This document shows positions 16,596 to 24,262 of a stretch of DNA of 31,303 nucleotides, in pieces. The position numbers and the translations under genes are program-made. Each line of letters starts with the position of its first letter. Positions within the stretch are counted from its first letter, which is position 1. A model generated the notes under the pieces. It saw only the letters and a list, made by a program, of their open reading frames with translations. It was not told the DNA's origin and did not search any database. Source of the DNA: a virus. Taxonomy: Duplodnaviria > Caudoviricetes. The stretch lies in IMG/VR virus record IMGVR_UViG_3300021408_000087, positions 1 through 31,303 of that record; one strand, 5' to 3'.

Positions 16596-16744
16596 TTTTT
16601 TGTTATTGTTTTATTTTTATAATTTCTTTTCTTTTGTAATTCTATCGAAAGCTTATGCTGACATTTGATACATACCCAAGCTCTCGAATGTCGTACTCGT
16701 TCTTTTTCAAGTTGTCCTTTACATTTACTGCACACTTGGTTCAT
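16592..16744 (-). CDS. Small Zn-finger protein (50 aa)
   Basis: Manual translation MNQVCSKCKGQLEKERVRHSRAWVCIKCQHKLS...; ATGA overlaps at both ends. Confidence 0.6.
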   Translation of the reverse strand: MNQVCSKCKGQLEKERVRHSRAWVCIKCQHKLSIELQKKRNYKNKTITKK

Positions 16745-17229
16745 AACTTGTTCAAACTCATTAAGTAGTCGATATAAGTATCAGGTCCACCAAACGGGAA
16801 TACTTCATTCCCCCATTTCTTATAATCTTCAGGATTGAGAAGTTCTGTTTTATATCCTTGTTCGTCCATCCATTCCATTATGCGATTAAGATATTTATTA
16901 AGATCTCCTTTCGTAGTTTTAGGAACTTTGTGAGATATACCGCCTAGATTTATAAACTCGCCATTGAATTCAATTTTAAGCCAATCGTGTAGAGTTTCAA
17001 GATGTTCATGATTACGATGGTCCATTCCCTCTTGGTAATAGGCTATAAGGGGCAAAATGGCACCGTGGTAGAACTTTCTTTGATTTCGTGACTCAGGTGT
17101 CATGAGGTCAATCGTAAGACGTATTCTCTTTCCTCTATTTTCTTTTATCTTTTGGCGCATTGTTGCGCGTTGATAATCAGTAAGTTCTATTCCTCCGTCC
17201 TCCTTTGCAAAACCGATGAATGTAGTCAC
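16741..17229 (-). CDS. NinB-like recombination-associated protein
   Basis: SRNQRKFYHG...LHDWLKIEF...TTK...LNKYLNRI pattern of NinB/Orf-like proteins. Confidence 0.55.
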   Translation of the reverse strand: MTTFIGFAKEDGGIELTDYQRATMRQKIKENRGKRIRLTIDLMTPESRNQRKFYHGAILPLIAYYQEGMDHRNHEHLETLHDWLKIEFNGEFINLGGISHKVPKTTKGDLNKYLNRIMEWMDEQGYKTELLNPEDYKKWGNEVFPFGGPDTYIDYLMSLNKL

Positions 17230-17651
17230 TATTTCACTCCAAATAATACTTTTAATTCTGCTTCACAGAGAGATATTACTTTTTCTGCTGTTTTTTTATC
17301 TTTCATCATAGGGAGTATGTTTGTTTGATTATCTGAACCTTTCCACCCATGAGAATGGATCCCACCAATTTTATTTGAAGCAATCTCTACTCCTCCTTTT
17401 TCATTTCCATTCAGATTCTCTATGCAAGCTTTGACGATGCGGTAAGCGGTGAACCACTTTAATTCTTCTTTAGGGATTCTATCTTCAGTTCCCCTCATAT
17501 AGATTTGGATATTATCAAAGCTGTGTCGTATCTTCTCAATATCTATATCGTCTTTAGGAGTTACAGTTATTCCTTCAGGCATTTCTTCTAAGACTTTATA
17601 ACGAGTTTTAGTTCCATCAGGATTTTGTATTTCAATTATTTTTTCATTCAT
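17229..17651 (-). CDS. Hypothetical protein
   Basis: 140 aa, coupled to both neighbours. Confidence 0.6.
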   Translation of the reverse strand: MNEKIIEIQNPDGTKTRYKVLEEMPEGITVTPKDDIDIEKIRHSFDNIQIYMRGTEDRIPKEELKWFTAYRIVKACIENLNGNEKGGVEIASNKIGGIHSHGWKGSDNQTNILPMMKDKKTAEKVISLCEAELKVLFGVK

Positions 17652-18064
17652 AAATGGTAATTATTTTTAATAAGTCCTTGACTTAAATCGTATTTTCGAT
17701 GACAAGATACACAACGAGCATTGTAATCTCCTAATATCCTTTGATATTTATGGTCTTTATTTGACCATTCAATCTTCCCTGTTTCCTTACTACAGTCTTC
17801 ACATTTTGATGCTTTACCTTTTTTTTTGATAACCCAAGCATGGACTGCACTATATCCACCGTCCCAATTTTCTCTTCTCATCTTTTCGCTACGTTTCTTA
17901 TTTAATTCAGGACTAGTAAGCCATGCTAGATTTTTGGGAATTTTCCCCTTTCTAGTTAAACTCATTTTCTCTTTAGTACCATCGGAAAACTTCTTACCTG
18001 TATGACTTAACTTAAGTCTTTCAATATAGAGCTTGTATTTAATTGGATCTTTTGGTGCTGGCAT
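17648..18064 (-). CDS. NUMOD3 / HNH-like endonuclease
   Basis: SHTGKKFSDGTKEKMSLTRKG (NUMOD3-like); GYSAVHAWV, CEDC, EWSN, CVSCHRKYD. Confidence 0.75.
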   Translation of the reverse strand: MPAPKDPIKYKLYIERLKLSHTGKKFSDGTKEKMSLTRKGKIPKNLAWLTSPELNKKRSEKMRRENWDGGYSAVHAWVIKKKGKASKCEDCSKETGKIEWSNKDHKYQRILGDYNARCVSCHRKYDLSQGLIKNNYHL

Positions 18065-18137
18065 ACTTCCACTTTATTCTCCAGCTTTATATCCTGGTAT
18101 GTCTTTCAATAGTTTAATTTTCATGTTTTCTTATAGC

Positions 18138-18464
18138 TTACAATCCAATAATTTGAACATCATCAATACTTCGAACTACTCGATACTCCGCTCCTTTTTC
18201 TTTACATCGTAATTCGAATTCTTTTTGTTCTTTCGACTGAACACCTTTTTTCTGTTTACATTCTAAGAAACAGATGAAACCTCCCTCAGTGATGACCATA
18301 ATATCTGGAAGACCGAGCATTGATCCTTTCGGCATCTTTCTGAATCTCATAGAACCATCAGAACTTCTTTGCACAGGAGGAATATTATTCAATCTAACAA
18401 AGAAATGTTTCTTCAGAAAAAGATAATCAATGATTGCTGATTGAATTTCTGTCTCAGTCGACAT
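18138..18464 (-). CDS. VRR-NUC domain nuclease
   Basis: ETEIQSAIIDYL...GLPDIMV...FLECKQKKGVQSKEQKEF...VVRSIDDV; likely start MSTETE. Confidence 0.88.
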   Translation of the reverse strand: MSTETEIQSAIIDYLFLKKHFFVRLNNIPPVQRSSDGSMRFRKMPKGSMLGLPDIMVITEGGFICFLECKQKKGVQSKEQKEFELRCKEKGAEYRVVRSIDDVQIIGL

Positions 18465-19041
18465 ATGATTCGATTCGTTTATTTTCTGCATACTGCCTTT
18501 TCGGAACATAGTTTGCTCCGATCGAAAACAGTGCTTTCACTGTTCCAAGGAGACTTCCTTGATAGGATTCAATATCTCCTACCCCCATTTCTTGAACCAT
18601 TGATTTGAAGATGTAAGGACTTGGATATGGGTAATTATTTTCTTTGAAGTACGATAGTTGTAATTCTTGAGCTTTTTCTAATTGTCCTAATGTTGGGTTA
18701 ATACCAGTGAGACACCAGAAGGTTAGTTTAAAGAATCGAATGTCTTTTGAACGTTCTTCAGGTGAAAGATTCAATAATTCTTCAAATTCTTCCATTTGTT
18801 TTTTCTTTTCTTCCTTGAGATGCTCTGCGATTTGATTTTTCTTTTCAGAACTTGCATCATCTTCGTCACGAAGTGAAACATCTTTGATCTGGTCTTTGGT
18901 TAAAGAACGATTATTAGTCACATTTGCAAACACTGCATCAAATGGGATATTAGAATCTTCAAATGCTTCTTTGATTCGTTTGGCTTTCGAGATGTCCTCA
19001 ATTTTTATCTGGGTACCATCTTTTAGTTTTATATGTGCCAT
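18454..19041 (-). CDS. Hypothetical protein downstream of the replication initiator
   Basis: 195 aa; occupies the usual helicase-loader position but has no Walker motifs. Confidence 0.6.
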   Translation of the reverse strand: MAHIKLKDGTQIKIEDISKAKRIKEAFEDSNIPFDAVFANVTNNRSLTKDQIKDVSLRDEDDASSEKKNQIAEHLKEEKKKQMEEFEELLNLSPEERSKDIRFFKLTFWCLTGINPTLGQLEKAQELQLSYFKENNYPYPSPYIFKSMVQEMGVGDIESYQGSLLGTVKALFSIGANYVPKRQYAENKRIESYVD

Positions 19042-19043
19042 AG

Positions 19044-19724
19044 CTATAACTCAATTGTTTTATTAGTAGTTTTCGACCTTCGTATCTCGTCTTCCCATTG
19101 TTGGTTTTTTATATATCGTTCTGGATCTTTGATAAATCCGCCAATCCATTTTTCATCTTGCATTCTCGCTACAACATCGAGGAGGATCTTATCTTTCGTT
19201 TTCTCAGAAAGTTCCTTCCAAAGTTCAAAGGTTTTTGGTTTACCAACTTTTTTTGGATACAACGACCAGAAAGAATTAAACTTATCATCGTTGTATATAT
19301 TCTCTTCTCTTCTCTTTACTTCTCTTCTCTTTACTTCTCTTCTCTTTACTTCAGCTTTGAGTGGTTCTTGAGTAGTAGCAGAGTACTCATCGAGTAGTTC
19401 CTGAGAAGGAGAAGGATTTCTATTTATACTTGGTTTATCAACTCGTTGATATTTCAAAAAGTTCTTGATAAATAAGTATTTTTTTTCATCAGCCTCAAAA
19501 GGAATGTACTTCTTCATTTTGACAAGACTTTCAATTATTGGTACAACGTCAACTTCGTCATAAGGAAATATCTGAGCTTTGAGTTTTTTTGGAGAATTTT
19601 CAATAACTGCGTAATCATCACTGAAATTCCAAGTTCCTATGTAGAATAATCGTGCAACGTAATCAAGTTTAGTGATGTCTTCATCAAGCCAAAACTCAGG
19701 GTCTATCATTCGCTTTCTAGCCAT
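19044..19724 (-). CDS. Phage replication initiator
   Basis: MARKRMIDPEFWLDE...RLFYIGTWNFSDD...LKAQIFPYD N-terminus; FNSFWSLYPKKVGK...PERYIKNQQWEDE C-terminus. Confidence 0.85.
   Translation of the reverse strand: MARKRMIDPEFWLDEDITKLDYVARLFYIGTWNFSDDYAVIENSPKKLKAQIFPYDEVDVVPIIESLVKMKKYIPFEADEKKYLFIKNFLKYQRVDKPSINRNPSPSQELLDEYSATTQEPLKAEVKRREVKRREVKRREENIYNDDKFNSFWSLYPKKVGKPKTFELWKELSEKTKDKILLDVVARMQDEKWIGGFIKDPERYIKNQQWEDEIRRSKTTNKTIEL
19306..19350. repeat. Tandem repeat, 3 x 15 bp
   Basis: TCTCTTCTCTTTACT x3, perfect; encodes (EVKRR)3. Confidence 0.95.
19359..19402. repeat. Iteron-like 11-bp-period repeats (putative origin)
   Basis: GAGTGGTTCTT, GAGTAGTAGCA, GAGTACTCATC, GAGTAGTTCCT, contiguous. 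Confidence 0.55.
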
Positions 19725-19736
19725 TTGTAAGTTTGA

Positions 19737-20027
19737 TTAAAAGAATAATATTTGTTGTTTTTTTACAGCAGTCCAGATATGAACCCTTCGACCTGTACGT
19801 TCATCCTGTTTCGTCCCTGCATCGAAAATGAGCCCTTTCTGTTCGAGCTCATTCCGTCTTCCAGTCACGCTGTTTATTGTCCAACCTAACCGCTGTGCTA
19901 TTTCTTTGTCTGATAAGTAATCTTCCTGACGTATGATCTCTAGCACTTTCTGCTGATGCTCTCCAATGCTTGGAAGGACATCATTGCGGTACGCTTGGTA
20001 TGAAGTGTCACGCAATGATGTCTTCAT
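19737..20027 (-). CDS. Winged-helix DNA-binding protein
   Basis: LSDKEIAQRLGWTINSVTGRRNELEQKGLI. Confidence 0.8.
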   Translation of the reverse strand: MKTSLRDTSYQAYRNDVLPSIGEHQQKVLEIIRQEDYLSDKEIAQRLGWTINSVTGRRNELEQKGLIFDAGTKQDERTGRRVHIWTAVKKQQILFF

Positions 20028-20032
20028 AATAA

Positions 20033-20455
20033 TTAGAGAGGTTCCTCAGTTTGATCTTCTTCGACTTGAATATCGTCTTCGTCGCTAATCTCAGCTTCGC
20101 TTGAGTGACCAACTACTGATACTGAGACGTAGTTTTTAGCACCTCTTTTTTTCATCTCTAGAATCAGTTCTTGACCCTCATTTACTTCCGCAAACCTCTG
20201 AACAAGGTAGTGAACTTCCCCTTCTTTATTCTTTAGAGGAACATCATAACGTTTTCTCTCTCCATTTTCTTCAAAGATGTACCTAACCATTGGAATAACG
20301 TTTCCTTTTTCATCTTTTCCATTGATAAGCTTGTCTTCAATGAGAGATACTCGATGTGCACCTGTAGGTTGAGGGGCTTTTCCTTCCTCTTTGATTGCCA
20401 GTCTAAGCTTTGGGATAATATTTGCTTTTTTTAAGATTTCAATACTATTTTTCAT
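20033..20455 (-). CDS. Putative ssDNA-binding protein
   Basis: 140 aa, beta-rich with an acidic C-terminal tail; follows the nuclease. Confidence 0.45.
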   Translation of the reverse strand: MKNSIEILKKANIIPKLRLAIKEEGKAPQPTGAHRVSLIEDKLINGKDEKGNVIPMVRYIFEENGERKRYDVPLKNKEGEVHYLVQRFAEVNEGQELILEMKKRGAKNYVSVSVVGHSSEAEISDEDDIQVEEDQTEEPL

Positions 20456-21266
20456 CTGTGATTATTTCTTTAACTTCTAATTTAGGGGAAAGAATGATAG
20501 GATAGTCCTTTTTAGTAGGTTGTTCCCCTTCGTGTTCTTTTTTCCAGATAAGTTGAGCTGCCTTGAATAGATCAAATTGATCTTCAATCTCAGTAAACTT
20601 ATATCCTGCTTTATTTTTACGGTATCCAACTTGGAGTATTGCAAGTTTTATATCCTCCCCTTTTTGATATTTAGGAACCTCATTTTCTCCATTAGTAATT
20701 GCTTCTTTATAAGCTGATACTTGAAGTTCATGAGAAGGCCAGATATATTGACTTGTTTTAAAATCCACAATCCAAAATTGGTTATCTATTCGACATACAA
20801 AGTCGATAGTCCCTGCGTAGTTATGCTTATCCGAGAAGACACTGGTTTCCCAAGTTATGACTTCTGGTTTTACTTCATCAAACCAAGATTTGAATGATAG
20901 GATACAGTCACATTCTTCTAAGGTAAGTTCTTCTTCCTGACCTGTTGAATTGTTGATATATTTTGAATCAATACGTACTTCAATTCCTTGCAATACATCT
21001 TCGATTGCTTTATGAACCTTAGAACCCTTATCTCCTGCTGCAACTTTAATTGCTTCAGCTTCGTCCCACCCTTTGTCAGCTAGCCATTTGAAATATTGAA
21101 TTCCTTTTGGATAGCTTTGGGTGACCCAGGTTACCGATGGAACTGATTTCCATTCTGGAATGCCCGTCTTTTTATTCTCCTCTGATTTCAGGTACCACCG
21201 CTCATCTGCGATTGTCACTTGGACAATTCCTTTTTTCTCGTCTACTTCCTTTATTATTTTTTTCAT
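20445..21266 (-). CDS. PD-(D/E)XK exonuclease (Cas4/RecB-like)
   Basis: PSVT, GSKVHKAIE, YAGTIDF, IVDFKTS, LQVSAY; likely start MKKIIKE at 21266. Confidence 0.85.
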   Translation of the reverse strand: MKKIIKEVDEKKGIVQVTIADERWYLKSEENKKTGIPEWKSVPSVTWVTQSYPKGIQYFKWLADKGWDEAEAIKVAAGDKGSKVHKAIEDVLQGIEVRIDSKYINNSTGQEEELTLEECDCILSFKSWFDEVKPEVITWETSVFSDKHNYAGTIDFVCRIDNQFWIVDFKTSQYIWPSHELQVSAYKEAITNGENEVPKYQKGEDIKLAILQVGYRKNKAGYKFTEIEDQFDLFKAAQLIWKKEHEGEQPTKKDYPIILSPKLEVKEIITDEK

Positions 21267-21267
21267 A

Positions 21268-21453
21268 CTAAGCAATCTCTTGGTATTTAGTTGGTAAATA
21301 GTGTCTTGATTTTGCACCGTCTTCTTCCATTGTTGGGACATATGGCTTGTTGTCTTCATCTCTAACAATGTTGTTAAATGACCAGCCATGTTGCTGAAGA
21401 TAGTTTGCAAGATCGAGATATAGTTCTTCTTGTTCTCTTTCAATTGTTTTCAT
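21268..21453 (-). CDS. Hypothetical protein, first gene of the early operon
   Basis: Likely start MKTIERE; stop 1 nt before the nuclease start. Confidence 0.6.
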   Translation of the reverse strand: MKTIEREQEELYLDLANYLQQHGWSFNNIVRDEDNKPYVPTMEEDGAKSRHYLPTKYQEIA

Positions 21454-21482
21454 TTCGTAACTCTCCCTATATCCATCCCACA

Positions 21483-21826
21483 AGCCTTATAAGTTTGCGG
21501 GAAGGTATAGAGATATAAGGCTGCTAATATGTGTACGCATGGCGGACTCTGCTCGCTGCTCCCATATGGTTGTGATCGCCCTGTCGGGGACGTAAAAAAA
21601 TTGAGAAGCAACGAGTAGAGCCAACCATGACTGTAGATCTCCTATTGGCAGTAGCCTGAAGGCACGCATGGTTCGCATTGATGTGGCGAGATGTACCTTC
21701 AGATTACTGCCAACAAAAAACCACACAGATTTTTCCCGTGTGATTTTTATTACTTCTCTATCGTTTGGTACGTCCCTGATATATTGTGCGACGTTACCTA
21801 GAAGTTTTTAAATCCCACATGGGATT
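21483..21826 (-). ncRNA. Structured leader RNA of the early operon
   Basis: Stem-loops at 21483-21522, 21538-21629, 21645-21713, 21715-21748 (terminator-like), 21752-21805 and 21811-21826. Confidence 0.5.
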
Positions 21827-21860
21827 GTTGGCTATATTGAGTTGTCAAAGACCTGTTGAT

Positions 21861-21908
21861 ATTATCTGCTAATTAACTGGACAACGCAAGTATCTCATAT
21901 GTGGATAA
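21861..21908 (-). promoter_or_regulatory. Early promoter with upstream DnaA box
   Basis: TTATCCACA (21900-21908); TTGCGT (21884-21889), 17 nt, GATAAT (21861-21866). Confidence 0.6.
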
Positions 21909-21916
21909 CTTGGACA

Positions 21917-22345
21917 CTAGGATTTGTAGTACTGTACATTGCTTTTTGGCACCTCTACAAGTTTACTCACCTGGCGAACAGTTAATCCCTTTTTGAGATA
22001 CATGTTAATCTTCTTTCGAAGCTCGTCATTTTTTGGACGTCCTACTTTTTTTTCTTTAATCATATGGCTTGATAAAAGTATATCATTTTTCTTCACAAAT
22101 GCCATGAATATCCTTAGTGCACTTGCTGCACTTGTAACTGTAAACGGGGTTCTAGTATCCCCTACAGCCTCTATAAAAGCCTTAACATCTTCTTGGAGTA
22201 TATCGGAAACACTCTTCACTCCTGTGACCTTTATAAGCTGCAATATCCATTCTCTGTGCTTGCGTGTAGTAGTAAAGTATCTTCTTTCATAGCAGAACAT
22301 ATCAAGCTGGTCATGTATAGCATATCGTTTTCTTTTAAAAAACAT
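21917..22345 (-). CDS. Integrase N-terminal (SAM-like)-type domain fused to a C-terminal HTH
   Basis: TTRKHREWILQL...SVSDILQEDVKAFI...SAASALRIFMAF, then GRPK and GLTVRQVSKLVEVPKSNVQYY; no catalytic domain; likely start MFFKRK. Confidence 0.6.
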   Translation of the reverse strand: MFFKRKRYAIHDQLDMFCYERRYFTTTRKHREWILQLIKVTGVKSVSDILQEDVKAFIEAVGDTRTPFTVTSAASALRIFMAFVKKNDILLSSHMIKEKKVGRPKNDELRKKINMYLKKGLTVRQVSKLVEVPKSNVQYYKS

Positions 22346-22450
22346 GTTTTCTATCCTTAGTGGATTAGCCCACCACGATAGAATTTCTGTATTACCTGAA
22401 ATGTCCAATAAAGTCAATATTGCACACATTGAAATCAGTAGATATAGTGA

Positions 22451-22475
22451 AACCCCCGCTTTAGATACGGGGGCC
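22451..22475 (-). terminator. GC-rich hairpin, probable end of the late/lysis transcript
   Basis: Minus strand GGCCCCCG-TATCTAAAG-CGGGGGTT followed by a short T-run. Confidence 0.45.
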
Positions 22476-22710
22476 TCTATTCTCTCAGGTACGGGTCAAT
22501 GAGGCTACGCTCGTTGGTATCCTCGGTTCTTCACATCGGTTGAGATTTTCGGTTTGGCTTTCTTAGAACGGACTTTCTCTACTGCTGGACGTTTCCGTCG
22601 TAGGTACTGCTTCATAGGAGAGTATTTCCTATAAGTGTACGCTCGTTCACCTGTGAATTCAAGTAGTTTTCCACTGTCCAAGATTCATGTATACTATTTG
22701 TCGTATGCGG

Positions 22711-22781
22711 GTAGTCTTGGAAGTACCGAACCGCTTATGAGAGAAGTTCTCTTCCAAGGCTACATATCTCATAGGCGGCTC
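22711..22781. repeat. Interleaved inverted repeats A-B-A'-B'
   Basis: 22711-22723 pairs with 22751-22763 (13 bp); 22728-22742 pairs with 22767-22781 (15 bp). Confidence 0.8.
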
Positions 22782-22793
22782 CGTGTTTTAATT

Positions 22794-23027
22794 TTAATAC
22801 AATTCCCTTTCTTTTTGTACCCCTAGCTCATCAGAATAATTTTTAAATGCTTTTGTTATTTGAAATATAATAGATGCGACGAATGCTGCTTGCACATTTT
22901 CCCACGTCCATGAATGTGGATTACTCCCAAGAGTCAGAAAAGCTTCTGCTAAGATACTAGCGGCAAAGAACCAGGCTACTGATTTAACGCGAGTCCAGTT
23001 AATAAGATGTTGTAAGTATGTTTTCAT
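22794..23027 (-). CDS. Putative holin
   Basis: 77 aa, two hydrophobic segments and a charged C-terminus; follows the putative lysin. Confidence 0.55.
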   Translation of the reverse strand: MKTYLQHLINWTRVKSVAWFFAASILAEAFLTLGSNPHSWTWENVQAAFVASIIFQITKAFKNYSDELGVQKERELY

Positions 23028-23053
23028 AATATTTTATTTATTTTTTTAATGGC

Positions 23054-23944
23054 CTATGTAATAACAAGGCTGAAATCTTTTCGTTGCATGAATTCCTCAA
23101 ATAGAGTGATGGTATTTCGTGAATTGATGACATCTAGCGAACCATCTTTATTGAGGTCTGAGAGACCGCTCCCCAATGCGATACAACCAAGTAAGTCGCT
23201 GTAATAATTAGCGCTATGGATACGAATCCCAGAGCGAGTAGGTACCTTTGTGACTTCATATGTATTTTTTTTGAATTTAGGCGAATAAGTATACTTGCAC
23301 TCATACTTCCCTTTCGGAATACATGAGACGTTTGATTTATTCTGTAAGTCTGGTAACTCAAGAGTGTTACAGGAAAATGTTGCTGCTCCATTTTTTGCAG
23401 TGAGTGTTCCTAGGGTTTGTTTAGATGTCGATTTGTTACGTTTAATTGAAACCTCTCGAAGTGGTGTAGATTGAGGAAAAATCTTATATAAATTAGGTTT
23501 CAATAACTTAAATTGTCGTGCAAAATTCCCATCAGCATGACGAGGATCATCATTGTGTAAATACGTGTCCATAACGTCTTTGGTCCCTGTTAAGAAACAA
23601 AGTCCGTGATTGTATTCATGAGCAATATCTTTCCATATATAGTCAACGTTCTGTTCAATCTTCCCTGTTGCAAGATGAATGAGTACCATTCTTGCTGTCT
23701 GGAGCCATGCATTTGAGGTACTGTTAGGTCTCTGATCTAATCGATCATATGCATACATGACCACGGGATATTGATCGTTATATTGCAAAGTATTAGGACG
23801 GACTGCGTCAATCAAATATGGGACTTCTTTATAGGTAACATCAATTACAGCTTCTTCGATATTCTCTTTAAGAAAATCAATCCACTTAACAACGTGTGGT
23901 TTAATGTCGATTTTCAATTTATTAGTAAGTATTAGAATTTTCAT
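23054..23944 (-). CDS. Putative endolysin: HExxH domain plus DUF5675 domain
   Basis: IAHEYNHGL in the N-half; TLELP...SCIPKGKY...SPKF...GIRIHSAN...LGCIALG...NSR in the C-half. Confidence 0.7.
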   Translation of the reverse strand: MKILILTNKLKIDIKPHVVKWIDFLKENIEEAVIDVTYKEVPYLIDAVRPNTLQYNDQYPVVMYAYDRLDQRPNSTSNAWLQTARMVLIHLATGKIEQNVDYIWKDIAHEYNHGLCFLTGTKDVMDTYLHNDDPRHADGNFARQFKLLKPNLYKIFPQSTPLREVSIKRNKSTSKQTLGTLTAKNGAATFSCNTLELPDLQNKSNVSCIPKGKYECKYTYSPKFKKNTYEVTKVPTRSGIRIHSANYYSDLLGCIALGSGLSDLNKDGSLDVINSRNTITLFEEFMQRKDFSLVIT

Positions 23945-23945
23945 G

Positions 23946-24182
23946 CTATTTGAAATAATTTAATAAAAATACAGTGATAGTTAATCCCACTCCAAAACTC
24001 CATATCAGAACATTCCTCCAGTATTCCAATCGGGATACTCTCCCATTTGTCTTTGTGGTTTGTGTTTCAATACGTGACAAAGTCCCATCTTGTCGAGCAA
24101 GAATGGATTTGATGTCATTAAAGTAATGATCAAGTTCTCGTTTTGTGTAAGGTTCGTTATCCATAGTTCCAAGGCTACTCAT
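23946..24182 (-). CDS. Small coiled-coil protein with C-terminal TM (XhlA/holin-like)
   Basis: IETQTTKTNGRVSRLE followed by a hydrophobic helix; precedes the lysin. Confidence 0.6.
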   Translation of the reverse strand: MSSLGTMDNEPYTKRELDHYFNDIKSILARQDGTLSRIETQTTKTNGRVSRLEYWRNVLIWSFGVGLTITVFLLNYFK

Positions 24183-24262
24183 TTTTTAATAATTTTATGC
24201 TGGCTCGATGATGTATTTTATACATACAATCAAATCTGTTTTTATATATGTTTTCAAAATAT

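Noticed and set aside
19306-19402. CRISPR array
   Set aside because: Contiguous short repeats without spacers, inside a coding region.
20445-21266. cas4 as part of a CRISPR-Cas system
   Set aside because: No other cas genes or array, and no Fe-S cysteine set; an ordinary phage PD-(D/E)XK nuclease.
21487-21726. 79-aa ORF
   Set aside because: GTG start inside a terminator-like hairpin, spans long stems, no protein-like features; better explained as structured leader.
22476-22790. DGR template repeat or tmRNA
   Set aside because: No similarity to 14552-14683, no AAC-rich tract and no tRNA-like ends. The other intergenic regions also showed no template by eye.
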